From: a virus
DNA length: 64,000 bases
Direction: 5' to 3' (one strand)
Virus record (IMG/VR): IMGVR_UViG_3300008262_000008
Part shown: positions 36,995 through 45,508 of the stretch, one piece after another
How the letters are laid out: each line of letters opens with the position of its first letter
Position numbering within the stretch: position 1 is the first letter of the stretch
Notes under the pieces: model-generated
Told to the model about the DNA's origin: nothing
The model's database searches: none
The model's input: the letters and a program-made list of their open reading frames with translations, nothing else
Program-made: the position numbers and the translations under genes

Positions 36995-38454
36995 ACAGCA
37001 TACTCCTGCTTATTATCAATAATTGCTTGCAATGCTTCTCTATGCGAAACATGTTCTGCTGCATTCATTTCTCTTTTCATAGCATTAAAATTAATTTGTA
37101 TACTACTTAGAATATGATCAGGTTCATAATGTAATCTTCGTTGAGCAATTGTTGGTGGTATTAATCCTAATCCATGCATTACTTGGATCCAATTTGCTTC
37201 TCTAAACATATTATAATGATTTAAGAAATCACCCTTATCAGGATATCTATATTGATACATTTCTAATCGTTGTTCCAATCCTGGTGGAAGAGGTAAACTA
37301 GTAGCATACTTCCAAAATGCAGTATCGTTTCTCTTACAACGATAGTGTAATGCAACAAAATCTAAAATGTTATCTAATAATTCTGCAAAATGATGATTGT
37401 AATAATCTTCTGCATATGTATTTCGTTTATCATAAGAATGAATAATATTTGTCAACATAAATGCTTGCTGAATACTACATCCAATAGATGTTGCTTCTAA
37501 TGGTTCAATAAAACTAGCAGATAATCCGATTGCAACACAATTTTTAGACCATGCTTTATCTAATCTACCAGGATCAAATTTAACATGTTTTGCAATTTCT
37601 AATTCTTTACCATAAAGTTCTTCAACTTCTCTGTGTGCTTCTTCTGCTGTAATAAATCTATCACAAAATACATATCCATTTCCAAATCTATTCTGTGTTG
37701 GTATTCTCCATAACCATCCGCAATCCATTGATCTTGATAGAGTAGTTGAGGGAATATCTTCTAATCTTTCTGTAGGAAATGCGATTGCTGAATTAAGAGG
37801 AAGATATTTAGAATAACTAATCCATTGAGCACCAAGAGATTTTTGATTAATAATTCTACCAAATCCTGTACTATCAACATAGAAATCATAATAATGATGA
37901 TATTTACCTAACAAATAATCTACACATCCATCTTCATCAAGTTGGACGTGTGCAATATCATCCTCAATAATTCCAATACCTCTCTTCTCGCAGAGTTTAT
38001 GCAAATATTCATTTAATTTGAATGTATTAAAATGAAATTGATTTACACCATGATAAGGTTTAATATGCAGATTATTGACTACATGATCTGGAACCAAATT
38101 ATCAGATGGTTCTCCTCTTGCAATCATATCAGCAAATAAAAACTTTAATCCCGTCTGACTTTCTACTGTCAATTCTCCAGATAAAGAGTGAATATATCGT
38201 TGATTGTCACCATTCCAATTTACAAAATCAATTCCATATTTGAAAGTTGCATCAGTTTCTTCAATTAATTCTGCAAGATTAATATTACAATGATGCATAA
38301 AGGTAGACCAATGTTCAGTAGATCCTTCACCTACACCAATAATACCAATTTTTTTAGATTCAATTAAATCGATATGAAATTTTGGATTATCTTGCTTTAA
38401 AATTAATGCTGTAACTAATCCACTTGTACCACCGCCGACAATCGCAATTTTCAT
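36991..38454 (-). CDS. prnA: Flavin-dependent tryptophan halogenase family protein
   Basis: IAIVGGGTSG (FAD), IGVGEGS, ATFKYGIDF, YVDSTGF, WLWRIP (WxWxIP) and FIEPLEATSI. Confidence 0.92.
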   Translation of the reverse strand: MKIAIVGGGTSGLVTALILKQDNPKFHIDLIESKKIGIIGVGEGSTEHWSTFMHHCNINLAELIEETDATFKYGIDFVNWNGDNQRYIHSLSGELTVESQTGLKFLFADMIARGEPSDNLVPDHVVNNLHIKPYHGVNQFHFNTFKLNEYLHKLCEKRGIGIIEDDIAHVQLDEDGCVDYLLGKYHHYYDFYVDSTGFGRIINQKSLGAQWISYSKYLPLNSAIAFPTERLEDIPSTTLSRSMDCGWLWRIPTQNRFGNGYVFCDRFITAEEAHREVEELYGKELEIAKHVKFDPGRLDKAWSKNCVAIGLSASFIEPLEATSIGCSIQQAFMLTNIIHSYDKRNTYAEDYYNHHFAELLDNILDFVALHYRCKRNDTAFWKYATSLPLPPGLEQRLEMYQYRYPDKGDFLNHYNMFREANWIQVMHGLGLIPPTIAQRRLHYEPDHILSSIQINFNAMKREMNAAEHVSHREALQAIIDNKQEYAV

Positions 38455-38966
38455 TCAACTCCTCCATTTGGTAATCTTTCAATAATAAAGTTTGGATGTG
38501 TAGCTTTTTGGCATGTATGGACTGCTAATTGTGGTGAATATTGTTCATCCAATTCGTCAAAGAAATAAAGATTATTTACATGATCCCACAACCAAGAAAG
38601 TTCCCATTCACAACCTGTTTTAATCCATGCTTTTTTCCATTCCTCTTTAAAGTTTTCACAATAATCATACTTATATTCTAAGATAATAGTTGTATTTGCA
38701 ATATACCTAACTTTACTTAAAAATTCTGCAGGATTATCAAGATATTCTACCACTCCAGCAACCAGAGCAATATCAAACTTCTTGTCTCCAAAATCAGGAA
38801 ACTCTACATTGAGATCACATTTTACATCACAACCATCCATAATGTCAACCCCCACATATTCTGTAGGTTGAATTAATTCTTTTAATGATTGATCTCCTGA
38901 TCCAAAATGAACAACAGAAGCACCCTTTTCAACATAACGTTGAAAAAATAAATTTGATAATGACAT
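38451..38966 (-). CDS. SAM-dependent methyltransferase-like protein
   Basis: VVHFGSGD, YVGVDI, FDIALVAGVVEYL; likely start MSLSN at 38966. Confidence 0.7.
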   Translation of the reverse strand: MSLSNLFFQRYVEKGASVVHFGSGDQSLKELIQPTEYVGVDIMDGCDVKCDLNVEFPDFGDKKFDIALVAGVVEYLDNPAEFLSKVRYIANTTIILEYKYDYCENFKEEWKKAWIKTGCEWELSWLWDHVNNLYFFDELDEQYSPQLAVHTCQKATHPNFIIERLPNGGVE

Positions 38967-38980
38967 AATAATTTTAATAA

Positions 38981-39514
38981 TTAAACGTTTTGTGAAGATT
39001 GACCGTATCCAAGTATAACTTCTTCTACCATACACATAGAAGGAGTATCAATATTTCTTCCCCCTCCATCCCAATAACCAGTATGATTTATATGAATATT
39101 GTGATTTCCTTCAGCATATGATCTAATTCTATATCCAATTTGTGATCTTTTTCCTGCACCCCAAGAAGGAACCATGTATTCTCTTTGTCCTTGTCCCTCT
39201 TGATGATGATTTGATTGTGAATGTCTACCATATTCAACATCATCAACATAAAAAATCCAATGACTAATAGAGTGAGCACTGCCATACCATCTCATATGAG
39301 CATTCATACTAAATCTAATGTGACTATCTGATCTTGAAGGTTGAAACCATAACCAACATCCAGGAGCCCAATAATATGTATTTACAGGTCTATACCATCC
39401 ATCTCTGTAGTTAACTGTCTGCCTTTGTACAACTCTAGACACAAGATATGTACCTGTTACAGTACTGCTACCAGATGCATTACCTACGCTATTTACTCTT
39501 AAAGTTGCTGACAT
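38981..39514 (-). CDS. Short tail-fibre-tip-like protein, paralog A1
   Basis: MSATLRVNSV start; HSISHW, HSxSxHxE and YWDGGG motifs shared with five neighbours. Confidence 0.75.
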   Translation of the reverse strand: MSATLRVNSVGNASGSSTVTGTYLVSRVVQRQTVNYRDGWYRPVNTYYWAPGCWLWFQPSRSDSHIRFSMNAHMRWYGSAHSISHWIFYVDDVEYGRHSQSNHHQEGQGQREYMVPSWGAGKRSQIGYRIRSYAEGNHNIHINHTGYWDGGGRNIDTPSMCMVEEVILGYGQSSQNV

Positions 39515-39520
39515 AATATT

Positions 39521-40048
39521 TTATAATGGTGATGGTAAATATTCTTCTGCTCTAGCTAATACTGGGACATAAAAAGTATTTCCTCCTCCATCCCAATAAT
39601 GTCTAGCATTAAAATGTACGCAATGTGGACCGTCACTGTATTGTCTTACCCAATATCCCATCGTAATTGGTTGAAGTTGATTACCAAAATCTGATACAGG
39701 TATTTGCCATTTTAGATTGTGACCATGTTCTTGGTGATCATTGCTCTCAGAATGTCTATGATATTCAACATTATTAACGTAAAATCTCCAGTGACTAATT
39801 GAGTGAGCATTTCCACCTCTCCATCCTAAAGCACAATCAAACATATAATCAATTACACTGTTAATTCTTTTTGGTGTAATTGTAATATAACTACCTGGCA
39901 AAGGTCTCCATTCATTCTGTGGATTATAGGCACCCCATTGAGTTCTCTGCTGTATTCTTTGCAAAGTCCTTCTCTGTAGTTGATTGATCGTAAGAGATGT
40001 ACTACTACTGTTAGTTCTAATAGTATCAACAAATAATTGGGATGCCAT
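39521..40048 (-). CDS. Short tail-fibre-tip-like protein, paralog A2
   Basis: Same motif set. Confidence 0.75.
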   Translation of the reverse strand: MASQLFVDTIRTNSSSTSLTINQLQRRTLQRIQQRTQWGAYNPQNEWRPLPGSYITITPKRINSVIDYMFDCALGWRGGNAHSISHWRFYVNNVEYHRHSESNDHQEHGHNLKWQIPVSDFGNQLQPITMGYWVRQYSDGPHCVHFNARHYWDGGGNTFYVPVLARAEEYLPSPL

Positions 40049-40054
40049 TGATTA

Positions 40055-40417
40055 TTACTCTGGTTTTGGAAACTGCTCTTTAATTTCTAATCTTTTTGCT
40101 TGAAGTTCATCAGCATATCCAGGGTTATCTTCCATAATCTTATCCCAGAGAGCAATGATTAGTTCCTCTTTAGATGGATAACGACCTGGGAGTGCTCTTT
40201 GCATTCTAACTCTTTCAAGTGCAACTTCATCTTTAATTTCTTCCCACTTTGCAGCAAGTTCTTCTTTTGATGGTTGAGGACTATCTGCTAACCATGTAAT
40301 ATCCTCATAGTTTGGTCCTCTAACCCCATAAGGTTGTCCTGCATAAAATCTATGCATGACCTCACCATAATCTACACCATCATCTGCAAGTGGAAAATCC
40401 ATCATGTTCTCTTCCAT
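40055..40417 (-). CDS. Tail-fibre assembly / chaperone-like protein
   Basis: YGVRGPNYEDITWLADSPQPSKEEL...R...YPSKEELIIALWD pattern of small fibre-associated chaperones. Confidence 0.6.
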   Translation of the reverse strand: MEENMMDFPLADDGVDYGEVMHRFYAGQPYGVRGPNYEDITWLADSPQPSKEELAAKWEEIKDEVALERVRMQRALPGRYPSKEELIIALWDKIMEDNPGYADELQAKRLEIKEQFPKPE

Positions 40418-40445
40418 TTTAATCTTAACCTCCTTTTTTTATTAT

Positions 40446-41018
40446 TTATCGAATATTAATAGTTCTACCTACTCCACCACGCTCTTCATTGCCAGCAGTT
40501 CCCAACCATTCTTCAACTAAAAGATAACCAAAAGCATTTTGTCTGCTACCTGTTCCATTCCAATAGTTTGTACTATATGCGCGAACTGTATGGTTATTTT
40601 GAGAATATGATCTCATTTGATAACCAATTCTACCATTTGAAGTTCCCCAGGAAGGAACCGTCCACTTAAAAGTATTCCCTTCTTCTAAATGATTTCCAGA
40701 TTCACTATGCATAAATGTAAGAATACCATTAACATAAAATTTCCAATGACTAATTGCATGACTGGCGTTTACCCATGCACGAGGTATTCTTGCCCAGAAA
40801 AATAATCTACTATCAGCTCTTTGTGGTGTAAAATCAACAAAAGCACCAGGTAACCAAGCATAAGAATTACTTGGATTCCAATCTCCACCAGTATAATCTG
40901 CACTATATCTTTGAATACATCTTGCATTCAATTCTGAAACAGGAATAGTATAATTCTGTAAAGATAATGGAGATTGATTAACAGTACCTAAATTTTTAAG
41001 TGTAACTCTAGATGGCAT
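40446..41018 (-). CDS. Short tail-fibre-tip-like protein, paralog A3
   Basis: Same motif set. Confidence 0.75.
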   Translation of the reverse strand: MPSRVTLKNLGTVNQSPLSLQNYTIPVSELNARCIQRYSADYTGGDWNPSNSYAWLPGAFVDFTPQRADSRLFFWARIPRAWVNASHAISHWKFYVNGILTFMHSESGNHLEEGNTFKWTVPSWGTSNGRIGYQMRSYSQNNHTVRAYSTNYWNGTGSRQNAFGYLLVEEWLGTAGNEERGGVGRTINIR

Positions 41019-41530
41019 TATGCTACCTCCCCTGAACCAAGAACTTCATCAACCATTAGTTGACCATATGCGTTTTGTCTGCTACCTGTTCCATTCCAAT
41101 AGTTAGTATCATACCATCTTAAAGTATGATTATTTGTAGCATATGCTCTAATTTGGCATCCTATTCTAGCATTAAATGTTCCCCATGAAGGAACTTCCCA
41201 CATATATGTATCTCCATCTTCCAGATGAGTTCCAGCTGCAGAATGATACTTGAATAATCTACCATTAGCATAAAATTGCAAATGACAAATCGCATTACTA
41301 GCATTTACCCAGGCACGAGGAGCTCTCCAAGCATATTGAATTAAACTATCAGATCTTTGAGGTGTGAAATCTACAAAAGATCCTGGCACCCAAGCATATG
41401 ATGTACTAGGATTCCAAGAACCTCCAGTATAAACAGATTGATATCTTTGCAAATATCGATTATTATACAATTCTTTTACAGGAATTGTAATATTACTAGC
41501 AAGATTTGTAATTCTATCTACAGAAATCAT
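41018..41530 (-). CDS. Short tail-fibre-tip-like protein, paralog A4
   Basis: Likely start MISVDRIT at 41530; same motif set. Confidence 0.75.
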   Translation of the reverse strand: MISVDRITNLASNITIPVKELYNNRYLQRYQSVYTGGSWNPSTSYAWVPGSFVDFTPQRSDSLIQYAWRAPRAWVNASNAICHLQFYANGRLFKYHSAAGTHLEDGDTYMWEVPSWGTFNARIGCQIRAYATNNHTLRWYDTNYWNGTGSRQNAYGQLMVDEVLGSGEVA

Positions 41531-41538
41531 GATTACAC

Positions 41539-42048
41539 CTACGATGCTAAGTATTCTTGAATATAAGTTTGACCATAACAATTTTGGTTGCTGCCGCCGC
41601 CTTCCCAATACTGAGTAGAATAAACTCCTACTTCATGGTTATTTTGAGAATACATTCTCATTTGATAACCAATTCTACCATTTGAAGTTCCCCATGATGC
41701 AAAGTCCCACACATATGTAGCACGATGCTCTTTATGATGTCCACTAATCGAATGCCTGCCTTGTTCTGTGCTTCCATTTGAATAAAATATCCAATGACTA
41801 ATTGAATGAGCATTTCCTGCCCATCTTGCAACAGGAAGTGTCCAGTAACATCTTATTCTAGATGATGCTGATAATGGAGTATAATCAACAAATGCTCCAG
41901 GAACCCAAGCATAGTTATTATTATTTCTCCATCCACCACCAGTATAGGTACTTCTAGTTTCACGAAGAATTCTTCTCCTCAACTGATCCAAAGAAAGAGG
42001 ATCAAGATTAGGATCTGGACTAATAGTATCGGTAACAAGTGTACTCAT
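41539..42048 (-). CDS. Short tail-fibre-tip-like protein, paralog A5
   Basis: Same motif set. Confidence 0.75.
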   Translation of the reverse strand: MSTLVTDTISPDPNLDPLSLDQLRRRILRETRSTYTGGGWRNNNNYAWVPGAFVDYTPLSASSRIRCYWTLPVARWAGNAHSISHWIFYSNGSTEQGRHSISGHHKEHRATYVWDFASWGTSNGRIGYQMRMYSQNNHEVGVYSTQYWEGGGSNQNCYGQTYIQEYLAS

Positions 42049-42554
42049 GTTGGTAAATACTCCTCGATTGTCATTAAAGCTCTACAAAATTGAACAGATC
42101 CACCACCATCCCAATATCCAGTAGAGTGTAGTCGATTACGATTACTATTTCCATACCATCTCATTTGATATCCAATTCTTTGTGTTCCACTGTGCCAAGG
42201 AACATCCCACATATAACAATGTCTAGTTTCATAGTTTTGAGAAGATATACAATGTCTACCTCTTTCTACAGAACCACCTTGAGTATAGAAAATACAATGC
42301 ATAATATTATGACCATCAATATAACCTACAGAAAAATTACAAGTAACTCTAGCTCTTACGTTCTCAGAAGATGCTCCAAAAAATGCGTAGTCCCACCATA
42401 ATCCAGGAGCCCATCCGTAGTTTGTACCAGGATCCCAAGTACCACCAGTATATTCTTGATATACTGTTCTAATAATCCTACCTCGTAATTGTGCTGTAGG
42501 AATTGCAACTGTAAGATCTGAAGTTGCTATTGTATCAACCCTAAGGTTACTCAT
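42045..42554 (-). CDS. Short tail-fibre-tip-like protein, paralog A6 (divergent)
   Basis: MSNLRVDTI start; RIGYQMR and YWDGGG motifs. Confidence 0.75.
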   Translation of the reverse strand: MSNLRVDTIATSDLTVAIPTAQLRGRIIRTVYQEYTGGTWDPGTNYGWAPGLWWDYAFFGASSENVRARVTCNFSVGYIDGHNIMHCIFYTQGGSVERGRHCISSQNYETRHCYMWDVPWHSGTQRIGYQMRWYGNSNRNRLHSTGYWDGGGSVQFCRALMTIEEYLPT

Positions 42555-42564
42555 ATTTAACCTC

Positions 42565-43071
42565 CTAACCTAAATCAGGTCCAGTAAGATCTTGCCTTTC
42601 TCCAGGTTGAGGTGAAGCTTCAGGTTTTGTTGGCCATGGAACATTTTTTAAAACCCCATCTTGAAGAACAGGATTGATATCCAAATCAGTAATATCTCTA
42701 AGAGCCTGCATATAATCTACCCATTCTTGAGGAACTGGTTCATTTCTACTCATAGAGCGAATAATAATCCAATCACATTCCTTAAGTTTTGCATTACGAA
42801 CTCTTCTAACTGCTTGCATTGGTGCTAGTTTTTGAAGTCTAACAGCCTCTGCTTCTACTTCTTCTTTTGTTGGTTTTAAAGATGGATCATCATTCCAAGT
42901 CAGTCCTTCCCAATCTTCTCCAACTAAACTCCACGCACAACTTGGACGAAGAGAAATAATAGCTGCAGCAAGATCAGGTTTTGAATATGCGTATTTTGTT
43001 TCTTCTAATGTATAATTTGGAGCAGATGATTTTTCTGCATCTCTTACATCAATTTCTTCCGCCATATACAA
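42565..43071 (-). CDS. Phage tail (fibre) assembly chaperone
   Basis: VRRVRNAKLKECDW...WVDYMQALRDIT...WPTKP. Confidence 0.85.
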   Translation of the reverse strand: MYMAEEIDVRDAEKSSAPNYTLEETKYAYSKPDLAAAIISLRPSCAWSLVGEDWEGLTWNDDPSLKPTKEEVEAEAVRLQKLAPMQAVRRVRNAKLKECDWIIIRSMSRNEPVPQEWVDYMQALRDITDLDINPVLQDGVLKNVPWPTKPEASPQPGERQDLTGPDLG

Positions 43072-43089
43072 CTCCAGTTTTATCTTTAT

Positions 43090-43737
43090 TTATGCCTGAG
43101 GATATGCCCATTCTTCAACTAATCCGAAACTGACACCTTGTTCATAACTATCTCCTCCATTTTGATAGTTTGACCAAGTTGCATTTAAAACAAATCCATC
43201 ATCTCTGTTATTTGCGTTCTTAACCCAAGGTGTATAAGTAACAGGATTTAAAGTTTGTGGACGATCCCACCAACCAAAAACTACATTAATTGGTGTACTG
43301 TCTGTATTATTATCATAGTGCAGAACAGCAACACCATTAGAATTCAACCATGTATCATATAATCCTGCTTCTGGAATTTGTTGTAATGCTTGACCTCCAG
43401 AAATTGAGTTATTGTTTCTAGCAACTCCCATAGTATTATCCCAGGATGCTTCGCAAAAAATATTGTATTCAATATAAAACCAACTGTTGATTGATTTTGG
43501 CTGCACTACAATTTCTAATGGTTCTAGTAATGTAGCTTGTGTTTGTGTGGGTCTAATAATGTTATTTTCTGGTCCTGGTCTTCTATCGTTGTTTTGTACA
43601 CGATAATATACTCTATCCATAGAAACTTTATAACGTACCTGTACAACAGACCCAGGCATGTATAGTGATGATGGAGAATTAATGAATACTGTAGAACTAG
43701 TATTCCCTTGAATTGTATTTACTTTTAATTGGCTCAT
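43090..43737 (-). CDS. Short tail-fibre-tip-like protein, paralog B1
   Basis: Likely start MSQLKVNTI at 43737; PGSVVQV...WDRP...YEQGVS. Confidence 0.75.
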   Translation of the reverse strand: MSQLKVNTIQGNTSSTVFINSPSSLYMPGSVVQVRYKVSMDRVYYRVQNNDRRPGPENNIIRPTQTQATLLEPLEIVVQPKSINSWFYIEYNIFCEASWDNTMGVARNNNSISGGQALQQIPEAGLYDTWLNSNGVAVLHYDNNTDSTPINVVFGWWDRPQTLNPVTYTPWVKNANNRDDGFVLNATWSNYQNGGDSYEQGVSFGLVEEWAYPQA

Positions 43738-43739
43738 GA

Positions 43740-44306
43740 TTAGTAATCTGCAGAAATTTCCCAAGCAAATCCATAACTAATTCCTATTTCATGGTTTCCA
43801 GTACCAGTGCTACCAGATGTTCTATTAAAGAAATAAGTATAGTTGCTACCATTAGATGATCTAACAGCAACATCATAAGTTTGTGCGGATGTTGCTCCAG
43901 GACGATCATACCAATCAACAGTATGAAGATGAGGTGTGCTATCTACGTTTTGATCATACAAACAAGTTGTAATACAACTATGTCTAGCATTTCCTCTTTG
44001 TGTATTATATCCTATAAGACCATTATTTCTACGAACAAGAAATACGACATTCTCATTCCCTTCTCCATGAAGCATCCATCTCAATCTAATGGTGCTATTT
44101 GAATATTTTGGAGTAATTACTAATCTTACATCAGTGAGTGGATTACCATCTCCACTATTACTAGCAGAATATGTAGTTCTATTATCACTTCTAACATACC
44201 AATGATTAATATATGTATTTGGAGCTCTTAATGTGTGCCCTGACTGCATCGAAAGAGTGTTTCCTGTTGCAGGAGCAATAGATCCAACAGTTATTGTTCT
44301 TGGCAT
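43740..44306 (-). CDS. Short tail-fibre-tip-like protein, paralog B2
   Basis: ITPKYSNS...YDQNVDSTP...YDRPG...HEIGIS. Confidence 0.75.
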   Translation of the reverse strand: MPRTITVGSIAPATGNTLSMQSGHTLRAPNTYINHWYVRSDNRTTYSASNSGDGNPLTDVRLVITPKYSNSTIRLRWMLHGEGNENVVFLVRRNNGLIGYNTQRGNARHSCITTCLYDQNVDSTPHLHTVDWYDRPGATSAQTYDVAVRSSNGSNYTYFFNRTSGSTGTGNHEIGISYGFAWEISADY

Positions 44307-44884
44307 TATCTTGCAATCTCCCTTAATACAAACATACTGACACCTTTTTCATAATCCCCCCAATAGTTATTCCATGATTTATTTACACGAATACTATCAT
44401 TACTATTACTTGCATATCTAGCACCAATACCGTATGTATAAGTAGAAGTTCCACCAGGACGATCTACAAATTTAATATGCAACCAATCTGGTGTACTACT
44501 CCTATCTTGATCATAACGTGCTCCAGTAACTCCACTATATTGAACGTTACCAACGGCCGTATTATATCCTATATATCCAGCTGTATTGGTGATAGATCCA
44601 TTTCTTAAAATTTGAAATGTAATATCATTGGAAGATTCATAAAATAAAAATATGTCCATCCATATTTCACTATCACTATATTTTGGTGTGATAGCAGTAT
44701 TTAATATTGATATTTCTCTACTTACGTTGTCAGCATTAGTTGCATATGTAGCAATAACATCCGTCATGTTCCAAACACATTGAATAACTGTGCCTGGAAC
44801 TTTCATTAGAGTTCCAGCAGCAACTCCAATAACATAATCGTTTTCTGCTCTTCCGATTAATTCATCAACAATTACTGTACTCAT
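44306..44884 (-). CDS. Short tail-fibre-tip-like protein, paralog B3
   Basis: PGTVIQ...ITPKYSDS...YDQDRSSTP...VDRPG...YEKGVS. Confidence 0.75.
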   Translation of the reverse strand: MSTVIVDELIGRAENDYVIGVAAGTLMKVPGTVIQCVWNMTDVIATYATNADNVSREISILNTAITPKYSDSEIWMDIFLFYESSNDITFQILRNGSITNTAGYIGYNTAVGNVQYSGVTGARYDQDRSSTPDWLHIKFVDRPGGTSTYTYGIGARYASNSNDSIRVNKSWNNYWGDYEKGVSMFVLREIAR

Positions 44885-45477
44885 ACAATACTCCAGTCTC
44901 CATTGACCGTAACAGTTTGTCCACTTGCTATAGTAATTGGTCCAGCTGTCATACCATTGGTTCCAGATGGAATGGTAAGTGAAGTAGAAATTGTAGCACT
45001 ATTAGTTCTAATAATCGATGCTGATCCAAGATAAGGAACTTCATCAATTGTTACTGCCCTGTTTCCAGCAATTGTCAGTTGCGAACCATTAAATGTCAAG
45101 TTGGAAGATGAATTCAAAGCACTAGTACCATTACCATACAACAAATATCCAGAAGTAAAAGATGTTTGCCCTGTTCCACCTTTATTAACAGCAACTGCTG
45201 AACTTAAGTTAGCAGGGTTCAAATAATATGAACCTGCTTGTCCGCCAAGAGTTCCAGCATTTAACAAACTCCAAGCAGTTCCATTATGAAAGTAAATATC
45301 ATTTACACCAGTGTCATAAATCAAATAACCTGCACTAACACCTGTCAATCCAGTTCTAGATGCAGTTGCAAGTGCAGGAAGTCTGAAAAAGCTAGTTGAT
45401 ACGTTATTGAAATTCAACGTCTGCAACGTTGCCGTTGTAGTCGTATTAATCTGAGTTTCTGTAATCTGCTGGCCCAT
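44881..45477 (-). CDS. Tail-fibre-related structural protein
   Basis: C-terminal TIPSGTNGMTAGPITIASGQTVTVNGDWSIV motif common in fibre genes; LPxL...GYLIYDT segment. Confidence 0.75.
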   Translation of the reverse strand: MGQQITETQINTTTTATLQTLNFNNVSTSFFRLPALATASRTGLTGVSAGYLIYDTGVNDIYFHNGTAWSLLNAGTLGGQAGSYYLNPANLSSAVAVNKGGTGQTSFTSGYLLYGNGTSALNSSSNLTFNGSQLTIAGNRAVTIDEVPYLGSASIIRTNSATISTSLTIPSGTNGMTAGPITIASGQTVTVNGDWSIV

Positions 45478-45501
45478 AAGACTATTACTCCGTTATATTA
45501 A

Positions 45502-45508
45502 TATTTAT
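45502..45508 (-). promoter_or_regulatory. T4-type late promoter, ATAAATA
   Basis: Minus-strand ATAAATA upstream of 45477; the same motif occurs at 40443-40449, 43087-43093, 52618-52624 and 56343-56349, each just upstream of a structural gene. Confidence 0.75.

Noticed and set aside
38981-44884. Diversity-generating retroelement behind the paralog array
   Set aside because: No reverse transcriptase in the window and no template/variable repeat pair differing only at adenines
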